A stretch of 64,000 bases of DNA from Blepharisma stoltei ATCC 30299. Lineage: Eukaryota > Protista > Ciliophora. The notes under the pieces are model-generated. The model saw only the letters and a list, made by a program, of their open reading frames with translations. It searched no databases and was not told the DNA's origin. Positions 47,177-58,897 of this stretch are shown here, one piece after another (position 1 is the first letter of the stretch; every line of letters starts with the position of its first letter). Location: the NCBI GenBank assembly GCA_965603825.1, contig CBFDEM010000010.1, forward strand, positions 310,001-374,000, in the 5' to 3' direction. A program made the translations under genes and the position numbers.

Positions 47177-49537
47177 TTAATTAAGAAATTCGATTGCCTT
47201 TTGAATTGACTCTTCTATTGGAATTGCTGATGATTTAAGCCACTTAATAGACTTTCTCTCAACAAGCTTCCACTCATCTTTATTGCTTCCATAATTCTTT
47301 CTTAAATAAGCTAAAGCTACAAGAGTCCCCCAAATATCATCAGCTTGATTTAGGTTGGCAAATTCTGCAGGAATTTCTTTACCTATGTTCAATGCAGAGC
47401 TTAATTGTCTAAAACTCCAAAATCCTTCAGCTGATTGCTGTTTTATTATAGAGAGATAAATTTCAGATTCGCTGGTATCCGCTTCTGCTGCTATCTGCTT
47501 TTCTTCTTCTTTTTCTGCTTTTTTAGCTTTTTTCTTTTTTGGAACACTTCTTTCTTGCTCGTCGCAGCGACTATCCGTATATCTAAAGGCAAAAGTATCT
47601 TTATACGTTACATCTGGTGCCCTCCACAAAACTGTAGGAGCTGCCGATCTTGGCATTGCCATTTTTGCACACATTTTCAATGATCTATTCATACTTGCCA
47701 TAGGTACAGATGCCTGAGACATATCTCTGACTTTCGCGACAGGAATTTTTCTTAATTGTATCTCTCCAACAACTGCTTCAGAATTTTTTTGAATGCAAAT
47801 ATAAGAAGTTAAGCTTGAAGGAATTCCATATTCTTTTGAGAGTTGGACTATTTGGGAATTTTTTACTTCTTGTGGTAGGTTGCCAGTTTCTATTTCTGAT
47901 ATTCTATTTTTAGCCCACAGTTTGAAGATTTCATCTCCTGCTGTGAAATGAGAAATTCCTGCCTGAATGATAAATTCTCTTTCAGTATTAGACCTGCTGT
48001 CGTAGCATTGAAGCTTAGGCATTGAGCTAGGGATAGTAGGCCCTAAATGGGCGTATAAAATAAATCTATCACCGTAGTAAACTCTCTTAAGATTTTCCGG
48101 ACTTGGTGCTGGAAAAGCATCCCAGTTTAATTTTCAGTCGCTTAGTGCTGGCATTAAGCATTTTTCCAAAGCATTGATCACTTTTTTAGATAACTCTTCT
48201 AGCCCTGACACAAATGAGGGGACTCCACCACCAGCTTTAGCAGATTCTTTAATCAAAAATGTTGAAACTTCGTTTCCTATTCCAACCGAATGAACTGTTG
48301 CACTCTTAGAATTCTGTCTTATTAAGTTTACAACTGCTTCTGGATTACTTACAGCTCCATCAGTCAATAAAAATATAGATCTTGGAAGCGCTTTGTTGGG
48401 CGGAGTACTGTATATACTGTTTAGTGGGTCATAAATATTTGTACCTCCCATATCTGCTTCAAATTTTTCTACTGAGCGAATTGCTTTTTCTACATTGTTT
48501 GAATTATAATCAATAGGACCTTGATCTAGCCAATCAAATCTGCCACCAAAACTTACTATATTGAAAACTGAGCCAGGTGGAAGACTCTTTAAAAACAAAA
48601 CTGCAGCTTTCTTTGCTAAATTTATCCTTTCTCCTGCCATGGACCCACTTCTATCAATAACAAACAAAAACTCTCCCCTTTGTCCTTGCAAATCTTCAAT
48701 TTCTTCGTTCTCTTGTTTATACATAGGCAAAAAGCTAAGCATAGCTGCATATTCTCCTTTCCTTTCTTGTACAGCACATAATGGAAAATTGGAATTCGCA
48801 GTTTTATACAATATTTTAATGCCAGCATCAGGTATAAAATCATTTCCTTCTCTAAATCTTCCGCTTAAATGTAAACAGTTCTCAGATAAAGTCCATTCAA
48901 ATGGATAGGTTTTACATGAAAAATCTGATATGGGAGTGTCTGAATGAATATCAATACTCATACCAATCCTATAAGTGCAGTTTCTGGCATTAACTACTGT
49001 AAACTGAGTTTCTTGCTTAATTTCTTCTAGTGGAATAGAATTTGGTTGAAGCTGGGCTTTTGGGGTTAGGGTTGTCGGGATATAAAGTTTCCAGAAATCA
49101 AGCTCTGTTGATATTGGGGTTGTGAATTTAAATTCGATTCTGATTTCTGCTCCTGGAGCGATATTTCCTACGTTAACGACCATCTTATCGGGAGTATCAG
49201 ATTTAGTCATAACTGCAGTGTTTCCTTCTGAAATAGCATCTTGATACATTTCTTGAGCCTTTGTTTCTTCTTCTATTGAAGCTTCTAAAATTGTTCCATC
49301 TGGAAGGTGAATCCTCATTGCTGTGATCACTGCATCATTTTCCACAGGGAAGACATACTCGCACTCAATAGGCTGAGTTTCAATGTTTTTATAGACTTGG
49401 AATAGCTCCATTTTGCATAAGGAATTTCTGACTGTCGATCTTAGCTCTAAGTGTTTTAGAGAAATAGGGTGCTTTTCTACAGGAGATGGAATTGGCCTGA
49501 TAGGTCTTAGCCCAAAACAGCAACATCCACACCTCAT
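47177..49537 (-). CDS. VIT + vWA domain protein (VWA5A-like)
   Basis: IECEYVFPV, AQEMYQDAISEG, NVGNI; FVIDRSGSMAG (MIDAS), GGTNIY, IFLLTDG; QSAEGFW, WKLVERK; joined through TGA 48134. Confidence 0.93.
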
Positions 49538-49833
49538 TTTATATTATATGACAATAGTATCCTGATGAATAAAAATGGGATCTCAAGGTTGCTAAAATAT
49601 AGGTCATTACTAAAATCTTTGAATTAAATCAAACTTTAACTCAAAAAATTAAGAATTAAACTTAAATATTAAATTCATATAACGTAAAAAATGCTTGGCA
49701 TTTCAGAGTAAATTTCTTATAATTTTCGTTTCTATAATAAATTTGTAAAAATTAGCTGAGCTACAGAAATACGTTACCAAAAATTTATTTAATTATCCTT
49801 ATTTTTAATTGTGAAGTTTTTTACTATAAAAAT

Positions 49834-50060
49834 ATGCAAAGTTTGTATAAAAAATTTAGCAGGTGAAACAATAATTCTAGATGAAGAAGCTTCTGATGCG
49901 TTTAAAATTCTTAACTATAAATTATTAGATAGAAAAGGTATATCTCTAGGTCAGCCTAAGCTTATATTTGAAGGAGACCAGCTAGAAGAAAGACAAACTA
50001 GCTTATTACAGCATTCAAATGAGCTCGCCTATTTATTGTGTGCTTTAACTAAGAGGAAGA
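49834..50060 (+). pseudogene. Decayed ubiquitin-like gene
   Basis: MQ/VCIKNLAGETIILDEEASD...LDRKGISLGQPKLIFEGDQLEERQT/AYYSIQMSSPIYCVL*LRG aligns to ubiquitin with two frameshifts and a TAA. Confidence 0.75.
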
Positions 50061-50258
50061 ATATAAATATTTTGAAAACAAGCCTCTGCTCTCAAAATAT
50101 AAGATTGAGAGGTAAAATTTATTTATAAAAATCTCAGGTGACTCATGTATCCAAATTAGCATAAACATGCTTATTAACTAAAAAACTTTGCAGCAGCAAT
50201 CATACCGAAACCGTTTAACCCAATAATTAATAAACAATAAAAATTTCATCTTCAAATA

Positions 50259-51269
50259 ATGACAGAAGAAACTAAAACAAATGTGAATACACAGCACACT
50301 CGAAGAATCCAACAAATCCAAGTTGAAATTTCAGCCGCTGAATGTGACTTAACTACCTTACGCTCACTAGTATGACATGGCGTTGACTGTGAACTCCGAT
50401 CTTACGTTTGACAATTACTTATTGGTTATCTCCCAGTAACATTAGATAGACGTGCACAAGCATTAGAAAGAAAAAGAAACGAATACTTGCAATATAGAGC
50501 CGAAATTTATGAGGAAAGATCCCAACATCAAACAGAAAAGCATTTAAAAGATCTCAAACAAATTGAAGATGACATTCCTAGGACGCAGCCAGATGTCCCA
50601 ATGTTCAGAGATGAGCCAATAAGGGAAGTTTTGAGAAGAATCCTGTATATTTGATCAGTTAGGCACCCGGCAAGCGGGTATGTGCAAGGGATCAATGATT
50701 TGTGCTCGATTTTTTTAATTGTGTTTATGATGCCTTACTGCTCATTTAGAATACTTGCAGAACCTGGGTCACTTCCAGAGAATATGGATGAGTTAGAAGC
50801 TGATGCATATTGGTGCTTGAATATAATGGTGGAATCAATACAAGATTATTTCTTTCCTTCATCACCAGGAATCCAAAGAGCTTTAATAAAGATTTCTGAA
50901 ATTATCTTTAGGGTGAAGCAAGAATTAATTTATCATTTTAAAGGAGAACAGCTCGAAATGATTCATTTTTCTTTTAGGTGGTTTAATTGTATGTTTATTA
51001 GAGAATTTAGTCTGCCTATGCTGTTTAGAGTATGGGATGCTTTATTTACTATGCAAGATGGGTTTAGAATTTTAAGTGTATACATTGCAGCTGCAATTGT
51101 GCTGCGCTGGGAAAAAGAGTTGATTGGTAAAAATTTTAGTGAGCTGATGATTTTTTTGCAGAATTTGCCGACCAGTAGGTGGACTGAAAGAGAAATTGAA
51201 GAGCTACTGTCACAGTCTTATGTATATTTTACATGGTTTGAGAGCTCACCTAATCACCTCAAAGCATAA
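50259..51269 (+). CDS. TBC1D22: TBC-domain Rab GAP, GYP1/TBC1D22-like
   Basis: LRSLV(W)HG..RSYV(W)QLLIGYLP, QIEDDIPRT, RILYI(W)SVRHPASGYVQGINDL, EADAYWC, FRWFNCMFIREF. Confidence 0.93.
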
Positions 51270-51845
51270 TTATTTATTTTAAAATTTAAGTAGGATATGA
51301 CAAGGTGTAATGGCTTAATATATTAATAGCCAAAAATGATAGTTTTTTGATATCATCATTTTTATTGCATAATATATAATAAAATATTGAAGATTTTAAA
51401 CTAGAAGTAATAATTCTTAAAAAAATACTTATAAAAACGTTTAAATCGAAAATCACTTTTAATAGGATTTCAAAAGTTTAAAATGGAGCTTTATCAAAAT
51501 AATTCAATTGCAACGTCTCTAATTGTAAATTCTTATCCAAAACATAAATAGCAAGGGGTAGCTTTCTAATTTATCTATAATAATAGCCTATAATTGGAAG
51601 TTCAAGCCTGCTGGAAATTTTAGTGTAAAAGAAAATCTCAAAATATGGCAGCAGTTTGCATGAACAAAAGCTTAGCAGAAAATAGAATACTTAATTAATT
51701 GCTATAACTATATTTAGTGAACTATATTTCTTTCATAGCTAATATTAAATTTTTAAAGGAAATCTTTGTGGAAAGAAAATCATTTTATAGTATATTAAGC
51801 TTTAGATCAAATGAAATGGCTAAATGTCAGAGCTTTTCGTTTGAT

Positions 51846-51857
51846 TTTCGCGCCAAA
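51846..51857. promoter_or_regulatory. Candidate E2F-binding site TTTCGCGCCAAA
   Basis: Matches the overlapping bidirectional E2F consensus, about 100 bp upstream of ATG 51954 in very AT-rich DNA. Confidence 0.4.
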
Positions 51858-51953
51858 TTGGCAGTTAAATAAGGCTTGCTTAAAATGGCCTTAAATCTAA
51901 TTTTATAGTTGAGATTTCATTTATCTAATTTCATCTAATGATAATTTTAAATT

Positions 51954-52820
51954 ATGGATAATTCAAGCAATAAAGAATGTGAAGCGCTTAATAACATTTC
52001 TTCTCAGGCCACAAGTGAGATGGAACAAGAAAAGCGCTTAAAAAAAGAAAAGAAAGGCAAAATTAAGAAAAAGAAGCACGAAAAAATTATAAAAGATGAA
52101 TCACCAGAAGAGCCAAATCAAACTCTTAGCAAAATTTCTAAAGACAAAAAGAAGAATAAGGACAAATCTAAGAATTGTGAAGAGCCTGCTCCCAGAAAAA
52201 GAAGAAAAATAAGCAATGAATTAAATGAGTCAAATGAAGCGGTAGAAACAGATCAAGCTACCATTGAAAATTCCCGCCTTAAAAAAGATAGCTCAAAAGG
52301 AAAAGAAAGCTCTGGTAAGAAATCAAAGGATAAAAGCCCAGAAAAATCATCAAATGGCAAAGAAAATTCTGAATCATCTGAAGCATCTGAGGTCAATATT
52401 TTCGCAAGTCCGAAAACAAAAATGCCAAAAAAAGTCCAAATTTCTGAGAATGACGGTGTAGAAAACAGCTTTGACGAGCCAGTCAATCCGAAAAAGCAAA
52501 AGAAGAAAAAGTTATCATTTGCTGAGAAACAATATGAAGCTTTGAAATTGCTTCAAAATACAATTAAAGGCTCATCAAGCGATGATTTTATTCCACCAGT
52601 GACTCCTATGAAGAGAAAATCAAAGGAAGCTCCCGAAACTCCACTATCAGAAAAACGAAAAGTCATATTTAATCTAAAAATGAACACTACTCAGCATTTT
52701 GACCACAGAACTATCATATCTAATGAGAAAAGACACCCAAGCGCTCATCATGATCCTCCAAGCAAAGGTTTATTAAAAAAGCAGATCAAGCACAAAAAAT
52801 TCAAAAAAATCAGATATTAA
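51954..52820 (+). CDS. Lys-rich putative nucleolar protein with RVxF (PP1-docking) tail
   Basis: KKE-rich body; KRKVIFNLKMN...PSKGLLK resembles the RRP1B C-terminal motif. Confidence 0.65.
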   Translation: MDNSSNKECEALNNISSQATSEMEQEKRLKKEKKGKIKKKKHEKIIKDESPEEPNQTLSKISKDKKKNKDKSKNCEEPAPRKRRKISNELNESNEAVETDQATIENSRLKKDSSKGKESSGKKSKDKSPEKSSNGKENSESSEASEVNIFASPKTKMPKKVQISENDGVENSFDEPVNPKKQKKKKLSFAEKQYEALKLLQNTIKGSSSDDFIPPVTPMKRKSKEAPETPLSEKRKVIFNLKMNTTQHFDHRTIISNEKRHPSAHHDPPSKGLLKKQIKHKKFKKIRY

Positions 52821-52885
52821 ATTTTAATAGAATTAATTTCAACAATAATTGGACATCGTTGAGTTCTTAGCTAAATGATAAAATC

Positions 52886-53632
52886 TTATTTTGATTTTAC
52901 AGATATATTTGTAAGAAAGTTTAGTGGGTCAAATATATCTTTAGGGACTGACGGGCATATTATGTGTGGCTTAGAAGCTTTTTTGTTATCTTCAAATAAT
53001 GAGTACAATATTGAAGAAGCTTCATAGTTAATGTCATTTTCTTTTAAATTTGTGGTAATCAGCTCTATATCTCGTTTTAGATTTAGTCTGTTTGATCTCC
53101 TCCTAATTTAAAATTACAATTCTTTATTTTCAAATGAACAGTTTCTGGTATTCGTTTCTAAATGGAAGTTTATCAAAATATTCAAATGTTCAGGGCTTTG
53201 GATGACATCTTTTGTGGTCAGGTTGATCCGCTCTGAAGAAGGCTTCCGCTTGTTGAATCTCCTCAAGTTTTTCCTTATTGTACTGTAAAAGTGGTTCTTT
53301 ATAGCATTGTCAGAGCGACCTGGCAGCAGATTAGTCAGTTCAGATCATTTGTTACCATTTGCACGCTGGTAATCAAAGATTATCTTTTCTTCGTCGAATG
53401 TCCAATGGTCTTTTTTGACGTTTGGGTCCAGATGGTTGTGCCAACGCTCTCTACATTGCTTGCCAGTTCTGTTTTAGAGTTACCTTCCTTTAATACCGTA
53501 CCGATCTACTAATAGACTAGCTATAAGTGACCATTGCTTAATCCCGTGCTCTTCTACAAGGGATCTTATTGCGTCATCTTCCTAACTATAAAGTACATCT
53601 TGGTTCCAAGGCTTACGGGAACTGTTTGACAT
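52886..53632 (-). CDS. R2R3-MYB transcription factor, three 15-nt introns (233 aa)
   Basis: KPWNQDEDDAI..KQWSLIA..GRTGKQCRERWHNHLDP..WTFDEE..GNK(W)SEL..PGRSDNAIKNHFYS after removing introns 53582-53596, 53469-53483 and 53103-53117; absent from ORF track. Confidence 0.93.
53103..53117 (-). other. 15-nt intron GTAATTTTAAATTAG
   Basis: Removes two TAA; frame then stays open for about 70 codons. Confidence 0.8.
53469..53483 (-). other. 15-nt intron GTAACTCTAAAACAG
   Basis: Removes two TAA; restores GRTGKQCRERW. Confidence 0.95.
53582..53596 (-). other. 15-nt intron GTACTTTATAGTTAG
   Basis: Removes TAG; restores MYB WxxxED. Confidence 0.92.
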
Positions 53633-54981
53633 ATAATCACTTATAAAATGGCGAATTATTCTTGGATAATGATCTTCAAACGGTTAAATTAAAAATATAA
53701 ATTTTCTTCAAGGGAAATTCTTTATTTTTGACTTTTTGCATTTTCTAAATTTTATTTTTAAAAATAGCATCCTTTTTATGATCATATTGACTTTTTGTAA
53801 TTTCAAAGGTTTTGTGAGGGGGCAACGATATGCAATCTATTTATTTATGTGCCAAATCACTTCCAAGAGTCGTAAACTAATTGACTATGTCTTTAGGATT
53901 GGTAAAAAATAATAAAGCCATACGACTAAATTGAATAACGCACTTCATTAGAAGTGCTGAAAATTCCGAAAAGATTATGTCTAAGTCAATATTTTTGATT
54001 GTGGTGCGTGCTTAAAGAGCTCTTCGATCTATAAGACAAATCTCTGGAATTTTTTTCAAGCTGAAGAATAGCTCCATAATCAAATTTATTTTCAGTGGAC
54101 TTGTCAATCATTCCAAAATTCATAATGAGATTTTATTAGCATAATTGAGTCTTCATAATAGCTTTGTCGAATAAATTTCTATATTCACTTGACAAGCTTC
54201 ATTTTTATAACAAAAAACTTATTAATTAAGAATTCAGCGCATAATATTGCTAAATTGAAATATGTTAACTCATAATAGCAATTTACCTCAATATTATTGA
54301 TTTAAATCTAGATAATATGAATTATTAAAAAATAATTATTGGTTTTTTACCTTTCAAATTAAGTAATAAAATTATCATTAAGCTAATTATCAATAAGCCA
54401 ATCTTTTGTTGCAATTAAATTGAACTCTAAGATTAGTAAAATTCTCAATTAAATGTTATTTTGATACAAAAAAATGAAAATAATGGCATATATCCAGATT
54501 CATTGAAAATTTTTTAATAATGTAAATTTCTAAAAGAACAGAATAATCAAGAATTTATTTAAAATTTTTTGGAAAATATGCAATATACTTATTGCTTTTA
54601 AGTTAATAAATTAAACCATAACTTTATTTATAGCATGAATTTTACTTTAAATTTTGCTTAGTTTTGATAAATAAAACAACAAAATATCCTAGGCTGCGAA
54701 TTTCAAATTTCCTTATTAACTTAATTAATTGAGATTTGCTATATGATTATAAATAAATAATATTTTTATTGCTTAATCAGGCTCTGATAATTTTTTAAAT
54801 GAGAATAAAATTAGCTACAGAAGTAGTCAATATTCATTTAAAAATAATAATTAAGGGGGATCGAAGACTATGAACTCATTCTTTTACTATTCAATAGGCA
54901 TCACTAAAATCTCTTATCCTTAATCAATCTCAAATAATGGCGTCGCAATATGCACATAAAATATTTATTATTTAATAGCTT

Positions 54982-55338
54982 ATGTCAAAGCAATCTGAAG
55001 AACTACCTGCAAAGAGAGGACGCTTAGATGAGAGTGATATCGCATCAGGGCCTTCAAAAAAAGGTAAAGACGAGCACACCTTAGAAAAAGGAGGGAAAAA
55101 GCTTGAGGAGGAATCAAAGTCAGGTTCTGATAAAGAAGAATCTCAAGAGTCTGAGGAAAACGAGGGAGAGGTTTATTCATCTGATGAAGAAAGCGAAGAA
55201 GAAGTTGATGAAGATGAGGAGTATGAAGTTTCTCAAGAGGAAGAAGAAAGCGAAGAAGAAGAGGAGAGCGAAGAATCAGAAGAAATAGCGCCAAAAAAGC
55301 GTGGAAGAAAAAAGAAGAACTCTAGCGACTCTGATTAA
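54982..55338 (+). CDS. Small acidic nuclear protein (histone-chaperone-like composition)
   Basis: Long E/S/D tract flanked by NLS-like PAKRGR and PKKRGRKKK. Confidence 0.7.
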   Translation: MSKQSEELPAKRGRLDESDIASGPSKKGKDEHTLEKGGKKLEEESKSGSDKEESQESEENEGEVYSSDEESEEEVDEDEEYEVSQEEEESEEEEESEESEEIAPKKRGRKKKNSSDSD

Positions 55339-55999
55339 GAAGTAATTATTTTTAATTATACTACTCAATTTTATATTGACTAATCTTTTGATAAGTCTGC
55401 GGGGAAGACTTTGGGTTGGTGGCTGATGCAAGATATTTCTCGGTTTGAAGATGCGAAGTGTGCCAAAGGCAATCTTTAACAGAAAGAAATTTATGAATAC
55501 AATGTTTTATTATAAGGGCCGGATTAAGTTCGAATTTCCAGGACTCCAGAATAAATAGCTTACATAAAAGTCTGGTTACCTTTCTTTCATTAGATAAAAA
55601 AGTATTTGCGGGTATTGCTCGAAGATTATAATGGAAGGATATTATATCAGTTATATTTAGCGGGATTTGTGAAAATCTTAGCAGTCGAAATACTTCTGCT
55701 ACTACTTACTGACTTAAGAGAAATAGATGCTACATTGCACAATTAACCATTATATTTTCAGCAACTTATTAATATCTCAGTTTTGATTTTATTGTTTATG
55801 GTAGCAGTGTAAAATTTAATTCTAAACAAATTAGTAAGTGACTAAAAAAATAAACTTATTCTACGTTAGGAGTTCGGAAAAAAAGTTTTTTTAGCATCAT
55901 TAGTTTAATTTTCAGTGAAGCAATAATATTTTTAATTCGCATATTCTATGCAAGGCTTATTTAATAAATAAAATTATTCACAAAAGAATATAAAATACA

Positions 56000-57055
56000 T
56001 TAGCCTAAATTTTTGACCTTTTTTCCTTCCCTCCACAAGCCTTTATTTGTTATGCCATTAGGAAAAATCACTGTGCCCTCCCCATCTTGTTTCCCATTTT
56101 TCCATTCCCCTATATACTTTTTCCCATCTGCTCATGTATAAGTACCCTTTCCATGTTTCTTATCATTCAAATAATCTCCAGCATATGATCTTCCATCATT
56201 TCACGAATAAACTCCATATCCATGCATGGCATTATTTTCCCATCCACCTTCATACTTTCTCCCATCGATTCATTTATAAGTGCCTGTTCCTTCAATTTTA
56301 TTTTCAACCCAATGGCCAGAATAGGTGCTGCCATCATTCCATTTAAAAGTCCCAAATCCATGCTTTTTGCCTAGTTTATAGAATCCTTCGTATTTTCCTG
56401 AATCTTTAGATACTTCGACTCCATATCCATTTTGAGTATCATCTAGCCATTCACCTTCATACAAAGAGCCATTTAAATGCTGATATACGCCTTTTCCGTT
56501 AGCTTTTTCGCTGACTCAACTGCCAGTGAAAATATCTCCGTCCACATGTGTAAATTCTCCTATCCCATTAGCTTTGTTGTTTTTCCAGTAGCCTTTATAT
56601 TTAGCTCCATCAGGCCATACATGGATTCCATAGCCGTCTCTTTCATTTCCTATTCATTCACCATTATAATAAGCACCACTTTTGTATTGATATTGAGGAC
56701 GGATTTCACGTTTTAAATTTATCGTTTTCAGATTTCTGTTTTCTGATGAATCATTTGGAGAAAATCGAGGAGTGCTATCGGATCTTTGGGATTTTAAATG
56801 CAAAGACATCTTTCTTGCTTGATGACCTCTTCAGAGGGACTGAAGCTTGATAATTTCAGGCTCAGATTGGCTAAAATCAAGATATTCAAAATTAAGGCCT
56901 TGAGTAATACTTTTTGCCGATGCAAGTTTTTCTATTCTTGAAAAGGATGACTTTATTTCTTGTGTGGACTCGAAGACTGGCTTATGATCGAGGTCTGAAG
57001 CAATCTCAAGATCCTTATTACACCAGGAACAAAACGTGCAATATTTTTGACCCAT
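56000..57055 (-). CDS. IQ-motif + MORN-repeat protein (351 aa)
   Basis: MGQKYC start, LQSL(W)RGHQARK IQ motif, about nine YxGxWxxxxxxGxG repeats in which TGA and TGG alternate at the W positions. Confidence 0.93.
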
Positions 57056-57245
57056 TGCAAATAACTTACAGCAAAATAAAAATGATTTTAAAATTAAATT
57101 TATCAATTCAAGTAGCTGATAAGAAAAATGAGATTACTTAAAACTAATTATCTTTCTATTATTTATTTCATTGCATCTTTCATTTATCACAGATAATTTT
57201 AATAAAGGGACATGAAGATTCTCATACATAATAAAATAATCAATT

Positions 57246-58787
57246 ATGGTAAACTTTAAAATTGCAATCTTTGGATTATTTTCAGCTTGATACATATATT
57301 GATATTGATCTATAATAGACAAATCCAAATCTTTCACCCCAAGCATAGTCAGAATATATCCAAAATCAGACCTTCATATCCCTCAAGATCCACCTTTAAC
57401 AAAATCTTTAATGAATATATTTTCACCACACAACGTGTCTGAATCCTCCAACCCTTCCAGCTATCTCTACAAAGCTGGCTGATTTTTTACTTCCTTTATC
57501 TCAAAAGATAATTCACTGGTACACATTTTTGTAATCAATGATGATATTCCAACAAATAAATCTTATGACCCGTGGCATTCTGAAGGTCTTATGTATTCTG
57601 GGAGCTTTGATGATATTATTTCAAATAATGAAAACTTCAATTGAACACAGCTATGAGTCCAAAATTTTACTGGGCTAGTCAAATATGTGACTGCTTCACA
57701 AACAGATGACGATTTATTATTGGTGTATAAAGAAGTACACGATGAAGGAGAGGCTTTCAAAATTAGATATTATGAGAATAGATCACTGCCTATATATGAG
57801 GATATAGATCTTCCTTATGGTCTTGACGTTATTGGGATTACTATAGATCATGATATTATAGCTTATTCTAGATTTGATGATAATAAATCGTTTCGAACAC
57901 TTTTAAAAAATAAGAAAAAAGATAATGAATTTGTAAAAGAAGGGTGAAAAATCGGCCCAGCTGGCCCAGACCAGGATCGCGAGCATTATGGAATATCCCA
58001 GGTCCCAGGTATTAAGCTAACAAGTAATGGAAATAAAAGAATATTATTCCGCTATTGAGTTGGCTCACAAACTTCAAATATTTTGAATGCTTACTCTGAG
58101 ACTGAATTTTTTTATTTGAAAGATGACGAATGAACAACTATGGGCGAAAATTTAAAATTTAATTTCTCTTTAAAGCAGTTCGTAAATAAAAACTCCAAGG
58201 AAAAAGATATTATTCAATATCCATGAGCGAGGCACAGTAATAATAGAAAATATTTCTATGTTGGCTATATGAATAGCATCGTTACAGGTGTGGATTGAAG
58301 GTAATAAGTAAATAGTGACGCTGAAAATTCAACAATTTCATTTGTAGACCCTAGTTTTTTTAAAAAATTTACAAGATTTGAGGTATCAAATAGAGGCGAT
58401 TTCCTAGCAATTGTAAGATTAATGTAGACTGAGCTGCAAAGTGAGCAATCTGGATTGAAATATATAAGATTTGTTGGTAAAAATCAAACCAATGATAAAA
58501 AAGAAATCGCGATTGATATAAGTTTAATGAATTTGCCAGCTAAAATACTTAGCCAAGAAATAAAATCGTTAAAAATAATTGAGCAAAATCAATGCATTTA
58601 TGCAGTTATTTTATTTTCAGAAGGTCCAATGGTTGTTGCTAACTTTACTGATATAGAATTTCAAGATGTAGCCCAGCAAAGCCTTCTTTTGCGGCTATTT
58701 TCAATTTTTTCACCAATTTTAGTAGTGGCTTTAATTTTGCTTATTAATGTCAAGTACTTTTTCAACATCGGAGTATGAATATGGTAA
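57246..58787 (+). CDS. Hypothetical membrane-anchored protein, two 15-nt introns, 12 TGA codons
   Basis: Single frame from ATG 57246; only TGA interruptions plus introns 58301-58315 and 58413-58427; hydrophobic N- and C-termini; ends uncertain. Confidence 0.7.
58301..58315 (+). other. 15-nt intron GTAATAAGTAAATAG
   Basis: Removes two in-frame TAA. Confidence 0.85.
58413..58427 (+). other. 15-nt intron GTAAGATTAATGTAG
   Basis: Removes an in-frame TAG. Confidence 0.85.
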
Positions 58788-58897
58788 GCATAATAACACA
58801 AACCTCGCATGATTTATCACATTAAAGATTAATTTAACGCTTACATTATTTAGCTGCCTAATTCTTGCATTCAAAAAAATCTAATGGACTAAATATT

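Noticed and set aside
53760-54202. Coding-like composition between MYB and the acidic protein
   Set aside because: The frame I traced from ATG 54202 stops at once and I recognised no homology
55370-55710. About 110-codon open frame on the minus strand in a GC-richer patch
   Set aside because: No start codon, consensus intron, motif or RNA fold that I could support
30751-58787. Strict depletion of TGA near stop codons (context-dependent termination as in Condylostoma)
   Set aside because: TGA occurs 8 codons (31342) and 3 codons (58776) before TAA, and no recognisable gene ends in TGA
58773-58788. 16-nt GT..AG intron that would extend the membrane protein
   Set aside because: Lacks the A six nt from the 3' end seen in all nine accepted introns
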